Assembly: GCA_964252035.1 (NCBI GenBank)
Contig: OZ176205.1
Source: Podarcis erhardii
Lineage: Eukaryota
Direction: 5' to 3' (one strand)
Length of the DNA stretch: 64,000 nucleotides
Shown here: positions 12,289-26,230 of the stretch, one piece after another
Numbering within the stretch: position 1 is the stretch's first letter
How the letters are laid out: each line of letters starts with the position of its first letter
Translations under genes and position numbers: made by a program
Notes under the pieces: generated by a model
What the model saw: the letters and a program-made list of their open reading frames with translations, nothing else
Database searches by the model: none
What the model was told of the DNA's origin: nothing

Positions 12289-12388
12289 CAGCGTTCCTCA
12301 ACATGGTGTCCTCCAGGTGGTTTGGACTAAAACTCCTATCAACTCCAGCCAGCCTGAGCAATGGTCAAGGACGATGAGAGTTATAGTC
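12289..12388. mobile_element. Truncated copy of a related palindromic MITE
   Basis: cagcgttcctcaacatggtgtcctccaggtggtttggactaaaactcc...gatgagagttatagtc. Confidence 0.55.
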
Positions 12389-15300
12389 TATAAAAATATA
12401 TGGGTCAAACCATCACAAGATGTGCTGAAATTTTGGGAGGTTGGAAAGTTACAATGGAATTGCCTTGTGGGCAGAGTGCTCATTTTTATTTATTTATCAT
12501 TATTACTTTGTCAAAATAAAAAATAAAATTATCTTTCTATCTGGAGGGCACCAAGTGGGAGGAAGAATGCTCTACAGGATAGCCTATCCAAATATTGTTC
12601 ATATTAAAATAAAAAACATTTTTCACATATTATCTTTTCCTTTTCAAATTCTCTGGCTCACCTTATTTTTAACAGAAGCAGAAAATGAGGACATAAAAAC
12701 CACATATTCCACAGCCTGATAATTCTCTTGCTTACTGGTGCTTCTCCTCTTCCATCGTTCTGGGTTCTTCATCATAAATTATATTTCTCAAACTTGGTAA
12801 GAGAGAGTTTGTGTAGACATTTTTACTACAAGCTCACTGCTGAGCTCAACAATTCTATCCTGTCCTGCTATTTTGTCACTTTTTGTAAGTATAAATTCTT
12901 CTTTTAATGCTTCGTAGCTGTTGATTTTTATAAATATATATATATATAAACCCAAGCTGATTGACAGGCATGCTTTTGGTTTCCACGCCACTCTCCCCAA
13001 AGGAACAGCTGGGATGCCAGTGAGGGAGGAGGCTATGCCAAGGAACACAGGGAGGGGACAGACACTCTGCGTCTGTCCGAGATGTGAAGAGCTGGGAGGG
13101 AAGCATCAGAGGCAGAATCCAAACCATTCCAGGCTGTTTGGGAGGCAAGGCACCAGGAGTCATGCTGAGCTCTGCTGATCTTGACTAGGCCACCCAGGAG
13201 AGAAACCACACGTACAACCAGAATGTAGAGGAAGGGTGGGGAACACATTCAGGCCAAACTTTGAAGCCACAGGCAAAGATGGATCCCAAAAATTAGAGGA
13301 ATCCTTCATCAGACGGTCTTTAAGTACAAAGCCTCTTTTTAAACAAGTGCCAGGAGATGGTTTTGTGCCATGTGATGGCCAGGACAGAAATATGCAGAGA
13401 GGGGGAGAGAGAGAGACCCTCTCAACAACCTTGTTCTTGTCATTGCCCAGGATGAGTGATAGTAGGAAGTGGACACTGGGAGCCTTATTTATTTATTAAC
13501 AACGTTCGGAGCTGAAATGACAATACATCTGCAAGTGTTGTGAAGAAGGGAAGAGAGGGAGATATTCCTTGTAATTAGGGTTAATTTGGAACAGGACAAT
13601 CTGAAGCTTCAAAGGGGAATGAGGAAGCCTCAAATTCCAACACCCTAATTAACCAGGGAGCAACATGAAAAGACAAGGCAAAATGAGAGAAGCTGCCAAG
13701 TATGCTTTACATGGGGCACTCTCTTGTCTGATGGGGAGGGCGTTAAACTTAGGTACTGTCACTCTATGTGCCACAGCCTCCCCCCCAGCTGCTCCTGCTT
13801 AACCCCCCTCCCCTCCACTGAGAGAGCAGCATTGTTTGATACAAAGTTGGGGGAGGGGATTCTGGGCTACAGTGAGGTAGCAACAGTGAGCATGTTAATG
13901 AGGAGCCCTATGCAAATTCTTTTTTACTCCAATTAACAAAGGAAGCCCTCTCCTTTTTCATGCAAAGGGTCCCTCTCCCTCTTGATCAAACTCCCAATTG
14001 TACTGCTGCTTTGGCTTTGAGTATTAGATTGGATTATCCCTCATTCCACCCCACATGCATTGAACACGTACACACCTCAGATATGCTATATCTCACTCTC
14101 ACAGGCTCCCCAGGAGCACTGAAATATCTCCAGAACAGCAGGGATGAAAACACTGGACCACATCCTTGTAAACATTAGGGTCTTCTTGTACTCAAGATTC
14201 CCAGGTTTCTTTAAGGAGAGGCTGCAAGCTCCATCCCATCAGTTGGCCCTTGCACTGTGTGGGGTCCGACAGACTTACACTGCCCCATCTTGCTAGACAA
14301 GCCAACTGTGTAGGACACTCCTCCCCTAGCAGGGCCTCTTTGGCTCAGAGGATGCCTCACAGCATGCTCCCAGAAACACTCCCTGTCTCCCCACAGAAGC
14401 AGAGCTGGGTACCAACAAGGGCAGCCGAAAAAGCAGAATTGGTTGGGAGCCAAGTGGAGAGATGCCCAGTAACCCAGAGCTGGCTGATCTAGGAACATCC
14501 CCACAGCACGTCCGGCAGGACTTGTGTCTAAAGGGCCTAGCCAATTTGCTTTTGCAAAAAGAGTCTGGGTTGCAAGCCTAGTGCAAGAGCATGCCTGAAA
14601 GTACCGGTGCCAACAGGGCACTGGAGCAGAGCTTCATAGCGAGGTTATTCTGTGGAAGACTTTATTTCCTGCCACCCTTTCTCATTCCTGAGAAGCCACT
14701 CCAAGCCACACCCTGGGATTCACTATGACATCCTAGTCCTAGTAGATTCCAGAGTGCTGCTTCAGCCTGGCTACATGGTCAACTGCCCTCAAGGCAAGGG
14801 TCATCTCTTAACCCAGCTGAGAAATGGGTAGCTATGTAACTGAGGAGCAGGGGAGATCAATTACCTGGTGTTGACAAAAGCAACTTATCTCAGTCCTGGG
14901 TTGCACATGCTGACACCGTCTCTCCCTTTTCTCTCCCCCTAGGTTCAGCAGAGCCGCTTCCCAGGCAGTGGAACAGGCCTTCAGAATTATCCCCATAATT
15001 ACAGGCTCTTGGATAAATTGCTGGGCTGGGCACCTCCTCCCTCCCAGCTGGGCCACCCAAATGCAGCCCCCTGCTCTGTTTCCACACCAGCTGGGAGGCC
15101 CAAGAGAGCTTCAATTAAAAGAGACAGGATAGGGCTCTCCTCTTAAGGGCCCACCTGGCTTGAGAAAATGTGCGGACAATAAACTCCCCTCCCCCCCAAA
15201 GAAAACTCCAACCCTCTTCTAGGGTAAAACCTCCTCTCAACCAATTTAGCGCTACCATACTGGAGTAATCTGTTATTAAAGCTTCATAGTTATTATTATG

Positions 15301-16464
15301 GATATTTATGGTAGAAGGCAGAGATCCAGCCCCAAACACAAAAAAGTAAGAGATAATTTCTTGCCTCAAAGAACTGAAATTTTGGTCTGACTGGGCAAGA
15401 GGAAAGTCAGGCCCATAGAAGGAAAGGGACTGGAATTTCTCCAGCCCCACAGCAGGGGCTAAGAAGGGAACAAAACCCTTATGCCCATAGCACCTGTGGG
15501 AAAACATCACCCCATAGACTGAACAGAAAGAGTAAGGGTGGTAAGTGAGCAGCAGACAAAGCTCTTGAGAGAATCCCTTTTCAGAGCCTTCGAAGACATT
15601 AAAAAGCCCAGCTTTTATTCAAAGCAGGATGCAATAACACAATATCCTGTCTCCAAAGCAATTCATAGTAGTTTTGCTGTGGACATAGTTTTGTTGAAGG
15701 AGGTGACTCACCCACCACTTAGTAATAAATACATAAAGGCATCCTAAAGAGGGTGTTGCTGCAAAGGGAGCGTTCCTTGCTAACATGCTGGAGTAGTTAA
15801 AGGGGGGGGGCAGGGCCCAAGCATGTGGGCAGAAGTGGGCAGAAGTGGGACAGTGACTTTCCCCCTGGTGAAAACAGCAGCCGGGAGGTCAAGGCCACAG
15901 CAGGGACAAAGCGTAAAATTGCTACCCCAAACAGGACACGCCACCCACAGGTAAAGAAAAGCACACACAAAAGCCACTTATATAGTTAACACAATGTCTT
16001 CGTTTGTGTCAAAGAGATATACACCCTTTTACATAAGATGCTCTCTCAAGAGCCACAACTTCCAGAGTTCCTATGTTCCTGCTGACATTTCCTGTGCACA
16101 CTCAAGAGAATCCAACACTGTTGTTGTTTTAAAAATTATTTATAGTTTTCAGTTATTCATCTACTTTAATTGTATACTCTTATGAAATTGCAGGTTATTA
16201 CAATAATCCTGCCAATGTCCTTATCTGTTTACAATTTGTTTGTAAATATTTAATAAACCATTTCCATTCTTTTATAAAAAGTTTGTTATCTTGATTTCTT
16301 ATTTTTTCCAGTAAGTTTTGCCATGCCTGCAAAGTCCATAAGTTTTGGTATCCATTCTTCTTTCATTGAGACTTCTTATTCTTTCCATTTTTGGTCAAAT
16401 AACATTTTTGCTGCTGTAGTCGCATACATTAATAAATTTCTATACTGTTTAGGTAGCTCTATCC

Positions 16465-16713
16465 CATGGATAGGCAAACTAAGGCCCCGGGGCTGGATCC
16501 AGCCCAATCGCCATCTAAATCCTGCCCGTGGGCGGTCTGGGAATCAGAGTGTTTTTACATGAGTAGAATGTATCCTTTTATTTAAAGCCTCTCTGGGTTA
16601 TTTTTGGGGCATAGGAATTCGTTCATTTCTCCCCCCCAGAATATAGTCCGGCCCACCACATGGTCTGAGGGATGGTGGACTGGCCCATGGCTGAAAAAGG
16701 TTGCTGATCCCTG
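16465..16713. mobile_element. hAT (Charlie-like) MITE, 249 bp
   Basis: Perfect 8-bp TSD CTCTATCC (16457-64, 16714-21). Degenerate TIRs CATGGATAGGCAAACT and AGGTTGCTGATCCCTG. Confidence 0.85.
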
Positions 16714-19700
16714 CTCTATCCCTATAATTCCCAGAATAAAAGCTTCTAGTTTTTTGTTTTGTTTTTTTGAATGTTATTTTAAGCATCTTTTTCAATTCAT
16801 TATATATCATTTCCCAATAAGCTTTAACCTTAACTGCAAGACCACCACATACGATGGTCTTTAAACATAAAATCCCAATAGACAAGAATCCAACACTTTT
16901 GGCATCTGACTGCCAGAAGGAGGGATGAACAAGCACTGTACCAACCAGGGACAGCAAGACAAGAGTGCTGCTTGATAGGATTTGCAGGTCTCAGAACATA
17001 CGTCAGCAAACATATTAGGCCTCTAGCCTTCACAATGTGTAGAACTTACAGTAGGTCCATGACAAGGGAACACAGTGCCTATACAGCATTTAGTGTGAGA
17101 TACACCCACCCATCCACACACACCCATATTGCCACATCTGGCTATAAATACAAATCAGGCAGCCACTAATAGAAAGAGCCTCCTTAGTTCCCATTATTTA
17201 TGCTAACATATTCCAATCAAGCCTCTAATTTTTCAAAATAGACAAAGCCTTTTGTGGGGGGTTGGGAGAAGAGGGAGCTAGCAGCAGAGAGGAAAGAAGA
17301 CTCGTGTTACAAATTTGTACCAGACCCCAAGAAGTGACACACAGATACTTGGTGGGGGCAGCCATTACAAGCACTATCCAATAGGTGTCTGTAACTCTCA
17401 TGCCATGTTGTTCCATCCAGTATTCACAACAGAAGGGAGGGAGGGGTCAAATATCATTTACTCAGCTAATACTGCAGCTTGAGCACTGGAAAAATGCAAT
17501 ATGCATGAAACAGAAATGCTTCCTTGAGGAAAGCTGTCTGTTTCCCATATATAACAAATGAGTAACAGCAGTCTCCACAAATCCCATGTTTTCCAAGGAA
17601 GGGAAATTCCAACATTTGCCTCCCCTTTTCTCTTTATTTGTGGGAGTGGGGGTGGAGGGGGTAATTCTCCAGAGTGAAAGGTGTGCAGAGGAACAGAAAC
17701 TCAAGCTTGAGTTAAAAAAGCATTTGTAACTGTTTCGAGGTTGAGGAAAATATACATGGTCACTTTCATCACAAGGGTTTTTTGTACACATGGGCAGGAA
17801 ACCTGCAGCAAGCCCACATAGGGCTGCTGTACTTCCTGGTTTGATTCACATGGGCTTCCAGAGAAGCCCTTCCTGGAGTACAGAACTGGGCAGTTTGAAT
17901 GTTACTGGAGCTATCTAGGGAAAACAATTGCCTTGATTCCATGAGTAGCGCAACCCTATAATTTGCCCTGGGTCGGGTGTAAGTATTAATAGAAAGTATT
18001 GGGCCAGACCAAAAAAGGAAAGCACCTGGCATTAGCTTGTAGGGCAGAGAATAGACTCATGAGACCCTCCAGGGATGCAGTGACTAGAAGGCATTAAGAA
18101 ACCTTTGTGTAATTAATCAACTGGACAAGAAGACCCTTCTCCATGCATAAAACTGGCTTCCACCTTCAGTCTGCCCTCTCCATTCAATCTAGGCATTGTC
18201 ACTACAAATAACAATGGAACACAGAGTTTGTCTTTACTCCTTGTATTAACACACATAATGTTCCTTTGACCTAACAGGAGATATCAGAGGTCATCAAAGG
18301 AGAAGGGACAAACAATCCAAGAGCATGCCAAAAGATCATCTGGATAAAGTGAGAGGATAGAACTTGCCTCAGGAAGATTGTTAGGGTCCTGAAGGGTTAT
18401 CCAAACGATTAAAAAAAATCTCAGACATAACCCTTTAGTACTATATTCACAGAAGTCATAATCCAGCAACAGTTGTGCGATATCCTGCTCAAACCTGTGA
18501 CACCTGTGCAGCCACATAACATATTAACACTTCAAGTTGCACCAGCCCTTCAAGCTAAGGAGATTTTCTCATTGAAACTACATTGTAGTTTGTGTTGGGA
18601 AAATAAAATAACTCTGAAACAAAAGCACTTCCTTGATGGAAAACAAGAACATCCTGAAGTACACGAGCAACAATTTTACATTTACTGCTGAAAAAGATTC
18701 TGGATTTGATTCATGAGACACAGATGATATAGAGTAAAATCCTAAATTCTAGCTACTTGCAGAAATCAAAAACTGGAGGAGGAGAGGTTTCAGTACCTGA
18801 AAATGTGAACTAGGTGGTTTCTGTACAGAAACTAAGGTACAACAAATCAATTTCACACAAGAACTGAATTGACACCCATGATATTTACCTTGCATCCTTC
18901 TATCAAGAATTCTGAGTGAAAAGCATTTTCTGCTCCCAGTTGTGAAGGCAGCAGTACTGCACAAAGAGACTTAATATTTTTACTGAAAGCCACTTTAAGA
19001 CACATAAAGAAAATAAGGGTATAAATTCCTTAAATAAATAATAAAGTCCAACATTGCCTGCAAGCAAGAGCAACAGCTAACTTTTTAATTTTTCAACATT
19101 TAATGCATGAAAACAGGGATACTAGTTTTACATTGAGGCGGGCCTGTTGCGACTTCAGGGGGTGGAAAGCTAGACATCAGCTAGGGCTCCACAGCAAAGA
19201 CCCCACCAGTCCAAAAGTGTCCCACAGATCTTGAGAGATGGGTGCTTAATGGTTTGAATAATTTCTATACTGTTTAGGTAGCACATGCTTAATATCAATT
19301 GGAAAATGGAGGCTAAAACATGGATAAATATATGCCGTAGATGCCTCTTGACCATGCGTCCTCACTATATTGTCCTTCAACCTGCCCTTACCCACTATCA
19401 CTGCTGGAGATACAGAAGGATCTCATTTCAGTTGGGCAGCTGAAGCCCCAGAATTTTAAGTGACTCACCCATGATCAGAAACCAAGAGACTAAATACAGT
19501 ATAGGACTTTTGAGATTTGAACTGCTTGTGTTAATCTAGCACACATAATCATTTTATACTGAGAAGATTGACATTGTCGTAAGATATCTGAGCATGACCG
19601 CATCGTGCTTCACTCAGCCACCTGAAGACAAAGGGCTCTGTCACTCACTGTGCCACCGTTCCATGCACTGTTTAGTGTCCATATATGTTCCGTGCCTTAT

Positions 19701-21660
19701 TTCCAAGGAGCTGGATTCACTTTTTGTACAAGATCACTTTTTGTACAAAACTTGTGCATACCAACTTACTTAAAAATAATAATTTTCTATACTTATTGTA
19801 AAAAACAACCCACAGTTTTTAGATTGACTTGCCTAAGATCCAGGACAAAGCACCATCTAGTTCAGCATCTCGTTCTCATAGTGGCCAAGCAATCATTTGA
19901 TTATCTACAGCTGAATGTGCAAAACTGCCTCACTATAAAAGTGCTTCCACATTCAAGGGAAAGTATTTATGATCTGTTCTATTTCATTACTTGAATGAGT
20001 CTTAAGTTGTGACTAGCTTTTGCTGATTGTGCCCACCATTTCTGAATTATAGTGAGAAGGCTCAGAAGCTCTGCCTGTGATGTCTGATCTGTAATGGTTT
20101 CTGTCATTATGAACTTCTATTTGAACTTATAATTTAACAGTCTTCCCTTTCTGAAAAATAATATGGAGGAAGCACCCTCTTATGGGGGACATGTTAACAC
20201 TGCACAGTAAGCTGATCCCTGTATTTCAAGTATCTTATAACCTCCATTTAAAATGCAAATCACAGACATTTAGGATAGGTAGAAGGTATGATGTTGGACA
20301 TAGAAGTATGTGCAGCAGTAATTCTTGGTTGGCACTTTAAAATCGTTACTGTACCAGTGATGTTTCTGGTATTTTCATGGGATGGTGTGGCAGTAGCATT
20401 TGTATGCTAGTTTTTTTTATTGTTATTGTTATTGGTATGTTTTGTATTTTATATCATTATAATAATTAATAATAATAATTTTGTTATGTACACCCCACCC
20501 ATCTGGATGGGTTCCCCCAGCCACTCTGGGTGGCTTACAACTTATCTAAAAACAGCAGTCCTTAAAACTTTCCCTAAACAGGGCTACCTTCAGAGGTCTT
20601 CTAAAGTCAAGATTGTTGTTTATTCCATTTACATCTGAAGGGAGGGTGTTACTACCGAGAAGGCCCTCTGCTTGTTTCATATTGCTTGTAAGCTGCTTTG
20701 AGACTGTTTCTCACCTTAGGCAACTAAGTAAATAATTATAATAATAAATAACAAAGCAAATGAAAACAAAAAAGTTGCATGGATAAAAATATAGGGCTTG
20801 TTGTCTAGAAGAGAAAGGTTACCGTATTCAGATCCACAGTGGATCTCATCTCTTTTAAAAAGCAAACTAGACTGAATGTGACAAAACAAGCTAGTGGGTG
20901 TATAAAAGAAAAGCAGGAGTAATCAACTCCTGGAGGCCATGTGCTAGTGGTCAGGGGTAGGCTTCTAACTATAGCAGCCAAAGCAACAATATTAATCCTA
21001 GTCCAAGGTTGTTCTGCATTAGATGGAGCTTAGAGTGCAACTGAACAGCATCTGAACTGTTGTCTCAGGAACAATCCAGTTTTTTAAACATAGGAAAGTG
21101 TGTCTTTGTAATGTCAAGAGGGTCAGACTTGAATATGGGACCCATGAACTCCAGATAAAAGCATGGAAGCATTTTCAAGACATAGGTCTCTCTTACACAT
21201 CTGTCTCTTCCAATATTCAAAGGATGCAGTTCCCCACAATTATTTGCTGGAGGGGAAATATAATGCTCTTAATGTATCAGTAAAGAACACGTTCCTGGCA
21301 TCTGCTGAGATCCCATCCAATAGAAAACACATGCCTGTGGGCACCTCTATATAAGCCATGGTAACATCCCGGAAATCATATATCTTCCCAATGTGCTTAT
21401 TTAATAAGCAGACTACATATTTTCTCATTCCTTTTATCATGTGCAAACATGTGCACCCAATACTGTAGTGTACCTGCCACTTGTGTTTCTGTAGGCAGTA
21501 CAAGACTGACTTACTTGATTTTATTTCCCCATTTCCACAGCATTCACTGAATTTTGAAACATGTTAATCTTTTGAGATAGAATGACTATTGCAAGATACA
21601 AATTTTACAATGCATTGTTTTCTCAATTATAAGGATATGTATGTTTTGATAAATTCCAAA

Positions 21661-21778
21661 GGGATAGCCATGCTAGTCTGATACTGCAAACCTCCCCACA
21701 AAAATAACTTGTGGCACCTTAGAAACAGATTTATTATGGCTTATGTGAAAAGAAAACAGTCTATAAGGTGCCACAAAA
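21661..21778. mobile_element. Penelope-like terminal repeat relic
   Basis: gggatagccatgctagtctg...cttgtggcaccttag resembles reptile Penelope-type repeats. Perfect 13-bp inverted repeat at 21709-21721 and 21764-21776. Confidence 0.55.
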
Positions 21779-24700
21779 TTCTGTATATTTCGACATCAAC
21801 CCTTCAGAACATTTTTGGTCACCTTTCTTCTAGTCCAATGGGTGAAAGTCATCTGGGATAAAAAAAGTATGATATTGATATATGTCCTTATGGGATTCAA
21901 CTTGACCTCCTATCATGGCTGTTTTGAGGGACCATAATCAAATGTTCCTCGACACCTTTTATAGCTCCATCTTTTCAAAATGATAAAAATAAAATCAAGC
22001 CCTGAATCCAAAGGTTGAAGACACTGCCCCACCCCAGAATCCAGCTGGGATTCTTCTGCTTACAGCAGTTTGCCAGAGACGAGGCTTCAGTTATCAGATA
22101 CCAACAGCTGGGTGGACTTTTTGGGGCTGGGAGGAGCATCCTTCAAAGCCAGCATGCCGGAAATGGATATGGGGAACTCTCTGGATCCTTTTCTGCAACA
22201 AACCTACTTGGTGCTAGAACAAGGGCAGAATCTTGACTTCCAGAACAAAAGTTTAAATAAGGATTTAACAGAATGGACACAAGGAAACCAGAGTAACTTC
22301 GGGCTATGCCCTGTATCATCCAAGTATATATGAGCTTCCAGCTCAATAGAAAAGGTAGACATGTAAAAAAGAAGCACTAAGGTCTATACAAGCCATGTCC
22401 AAAGTCCGTTTCGGGGTCCTAATCCGGACTGCCAGTCAGTTTAATCCGACCCCTGTGGCAGTTTACCTCAACAACTTGAATCCTAAAAAAAGGTTAACAA
22501 CTTTGGTCGTCCCTGACAACCCTTCATTTCATCAAATCTGGCCCTCTTTGAAAAAAGTTTGCACACCACTGGTCTATACTATAGGGACATTCCAATCTTT
22601 CCTGCAAGTCTCCCATTCACACTTTGCCCCAGCAAATGGTTGCAGACAGTGGACAGTTTTTGCTTTCTAATCTCTTCCTTGTAGACGCTTGAGTAGAATA
22701 TCCTTTGGGTTGCTGGCCCAGTTTATAAGGGCAGACTGAAATTAGTAGAAGTTCCTTTAAATTGGCCTTAGCCCCCAGAAACCTCAAATAGAATGGCAAC
22801 TGATCTACATGGACAAATAACCATCCACTTCTCAAGTTGAGTCACACCCTTGCTATCTTCCCACCTTTCTAAGGGCTCAATTGATGACAGTAAGAGGATG
22901 TAAGACCCAATTAGAAGGGAAACCTGGGCCTTTCACTTGCTGCTTTCTCTCACCTTTGCATAACGAACCTGAGCAGAAAACATAATTTAGTTCAGTCAGA
23001 ACTGAAGATTGGGGTCTCTTATTAGACCATTTGCATGGACTTACAATGCTTGTGTGATCTGTGACACCACAAACTGTTCAAAGTTCATCGCTCCCACATT
23101 GTATCACCAACTACCCTGGTCACAAACAAAGCAGGACACTCCTCTCCTACTCTGCATGCCTGCATCCTAAAAGTCAGATGATTTGGGTCAAGTGGCATGG
23201 AAATCTTCCCCATCAGAGACTGCTCTTAGGAAGCCCAAGCCAGCTGATCAAGATTCTATAATTTCTGGTTTCTCTACAGGAGGGACTGTGTGGGTGAACT
23301 GTTTAGCTCTGATCACCTTATAAATGAGAAACCTCAGCTTAAGTAAAAGTATAGCTCTTAGGGTCAGTAAATCAACTCAAGTATTTCGAGTCAAGCTTCT
23401 CTTGAGTAGATGGAGCTTTAATGAAGGACACAGCACTCCCCACAGCTTGCAATATCTGATCTACATAGTTTAAGAAAGAAAGTGTACTAAAATGAAAGCC
23501 GTGTGCTTTTAAAGCCTCTGCTGCAGAGTTCCCTGGTCCTGGTTAATTGATCTTTGGGCTCAACTTCAGGGTGACAAAAGGTGGACCTAAACATCAACAA
23601 AATGTCTTGAGCAGTGGGTGCTGGCCTAGAGACTGCTACATTGTCTGCTTGCATAATGTCTGTGTGTGTCCTGGCCCAGACTCCGTAGCGCTAACCATAA
23701 ACCCCTCTGATCCAGGGCATGGAAAACTGCCATATTCAAGTGAGAACCTGTCCAAAGAACATATGAAAAGCTATTCACTGATTTGGAAGCAGGGCAGTGG
23801 CCCTTCCCTTGGCCCTCCAAAGCTCATTCTTCTGACAAAACACTCATCAACCAATCCTTTTGATACTCTAGCTACGTGTACCAGCACAAACTAACCTCAA
23901 CTGGGACATAAAAATACTCCTAGAACTTCTCTCATCATCAGCCCAACAACAAGAATTGTGACTGACTCAGGCGCCCCACTGCGACAGATGGGGTCCTAGG
24001 TGCCATCTCCAGAAGCCATATTATGGAGCCTGGTGCATTACCAATAAGTGCTTTGTTCTCTCTTCTTCTTGGAAATCTTTTGAAGAGACAACTGATGGAA
24101 AGAGATAATCCAAATCTTGCTACAATCCCAAGATGTGGAACTGGTACTAGATGCTCAGCAGGGTATTAGTGTTCATTCTTTCATTTTTCTAATTTGAAAA
24201 GCTCATAATAGGGGAGTAAGACTTATTCTATATTCATCTCAATAAATTCATCAGACTTTAACTTTTTGCATGGAAACTAGATGATTAAATGACATCTACC
24301 ACCCCCCCCCCCATAAATAGCACTATCTGTATCCAGACTTGCTTTTTGGTTCAGTCACAGTGTGAGTGCTGCAGTCTTGTTAAACAAGCAAAGTGGAACC
24401 GGGTTTCGTGAAATCCAGAGGGGAAAACCTCTTCTCTTGACAGTGTTACACATAACTTGGATAATTGCCTTTTAAAATCAGAGGATATCCTTGGATCTGT
24501 CATGAACTGGACTCAGGAGAATAGTTCCTCAAAGAGGACTTCCTTTCAATTCAAAGCCTTGGAAATAAAAAAAGTGGGCCTTTCTGCCTCAAAAGTGAAT
24601 AGAAAGACAGATTTGTTCTACACTAGAGAGTTTCACTGACTTTGGGAGTAGATTCTCTATCTTAGAAGCGCCAATGGGCCTCCTGTATGTATTCCCAGGC

Positions 24701-24998
24701 AAGGTCTACTGATCCTAGGCAAGGTGCTTTGTAATATTGTAAGAGACTTGGGTGATCTCAGTCTCCTTGTATTTATCTCATGGATTGTGGATTCACAACT
24801 TATGGGAGTGGATTCACAACCTACTGTGTTCCAAAACCCAGTAGCTTATCCACATCTGTACATTCTGAATCTGAACACTTTATGCCCTAAGCCAGGAGCA
24901 TACAAGGTCTTTGGGTATTTGATGTGGTATTCACTAAGACAGTCCACTAATAGAATTTATGAAGCTAGCTGGAGGACATTTGTGTCAAAACCCTATTA

Positions 24999-25201
24999 AG
25001 GGTTGGCCCAATACAATTTGGCACCTGAGGCAAACCACAAAACGCTGCCCACCACCACCACCCCGCCAGGGAAGGAGGAGTAAGTGAAGATCCACAACAG
25101 GAACAAGAAAGTAATAAAGATTTACATCAGGATCTGTTGCCTCTGTGGATCCTGCCACCTGAGGTGGTCATCTAACCTTGCCACATAGGTGGGCCGATCC
25201 T
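24999..25201. mobile_element. Possible PIF/Harbinger-type MITE
   Basis: Imperfect TIRs agggttggccc and gggccgatcct, TA-rich flanks. Confidence 0.4.
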
Positions 25202-26139
25202 AGCCCTAGTCCCCCACATCCTAGATTTTCTACAAGATGGGATATAAAGGCCTTCTGCCAAATACTCTGAAGAGGTAAAGGTGGTAACCTTGAAGAGTGT
25301 TATCTACAACAGCCAACCACAGAGAATATTTGGTGTTTCTATAGATTTTGGAGTGACACATGAGAAAAATTGGAGAAACAACTACTGGAAAAGGAAAAAA
25401 ATATAGGAGGACAGGCAAACAGGTAGCAGGCAGACACAAGACTTAGTGGTGGGAGGGCCTGACTTAATGGGGCATAGGTTCTGCAGGCCTGATCTAAAAC
25501 CATATGAGGCAAACTAAGGTCATTAATTAGGATAGGTATGAACAGCAGAACAGATAAATCAGAAACAAAAAAAATAAGGTCTAAACATCAAGATATACAA
25601 AGTGAAAAGGGAAAAAAAGGAGAATGCTTGTTCTGAAGGACAAGAAAAATAATTTAAAATTTGCAGCAGGACTAGGGCTACAACCACATCATACCTCTTA
25701 TATATTACAAACCACTACAAATCTGTGAAAGGTGAACTTGGGATGAGCATAAATAAATGCATAAACATGAACTGTTGGTTTTTTCTGCTGTAGGATAAAC
25801 CTATCTTCCCTTGACTTGACTCTTCAAGTGACAGATCTTTTGCTGATGTCCTCTTTGCTGCTCTTTCCCTGCTTCAGGTACCCTTTCCACCTTTAATATC
25901 CCTTCAACTGTCTTGTCCATTTATACACTTAGACATTTGTTCTGTGCCTTATTATTTTACTATTGTTCATTATTATTTGTATACCCATTTTATTAAATTT
26001 GAAAATCTGCTGGGATGTGGCTTTTTAATTTTACATTGCACGCACAGCTGGCTTCTGTTGGAAAATAGCAGAGACAATTTATGCAAAGCTTGATCCTCAT
26101 GGAATATTGCATGTATGACTAAAATAGGATGGGTACAGT

Positions 26140-26230
26140 TTCACAGTGCAATCCTATACATGCCTGCTCAGAAGGAATTCCCAGAGTTCAATAGGTTTAT
26201 TCCCAGATAGATGTTTATAGGATTGCAGCT
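26140..26230. mobile_element. Short palindromic lizard repeat (gcaatcctata...tataggattgc); related decayed copies near 39195, 44480 and 45610
   Basis: Inverted termini tgcaatcctata and tataggattgca; family unclassified. Confidence 0.55.

Noticed and set aside
6825-13425. Shared word gggggagagagagaccctc near 6825 and 13401
   Set aside because: Low-complexity purine tract; chance similarity is likely.
22015-22670. Cluster of short ORFs that looked like a possible retrocopy
   Set aside because: No recognisable protein, poly-A tail or TSD.
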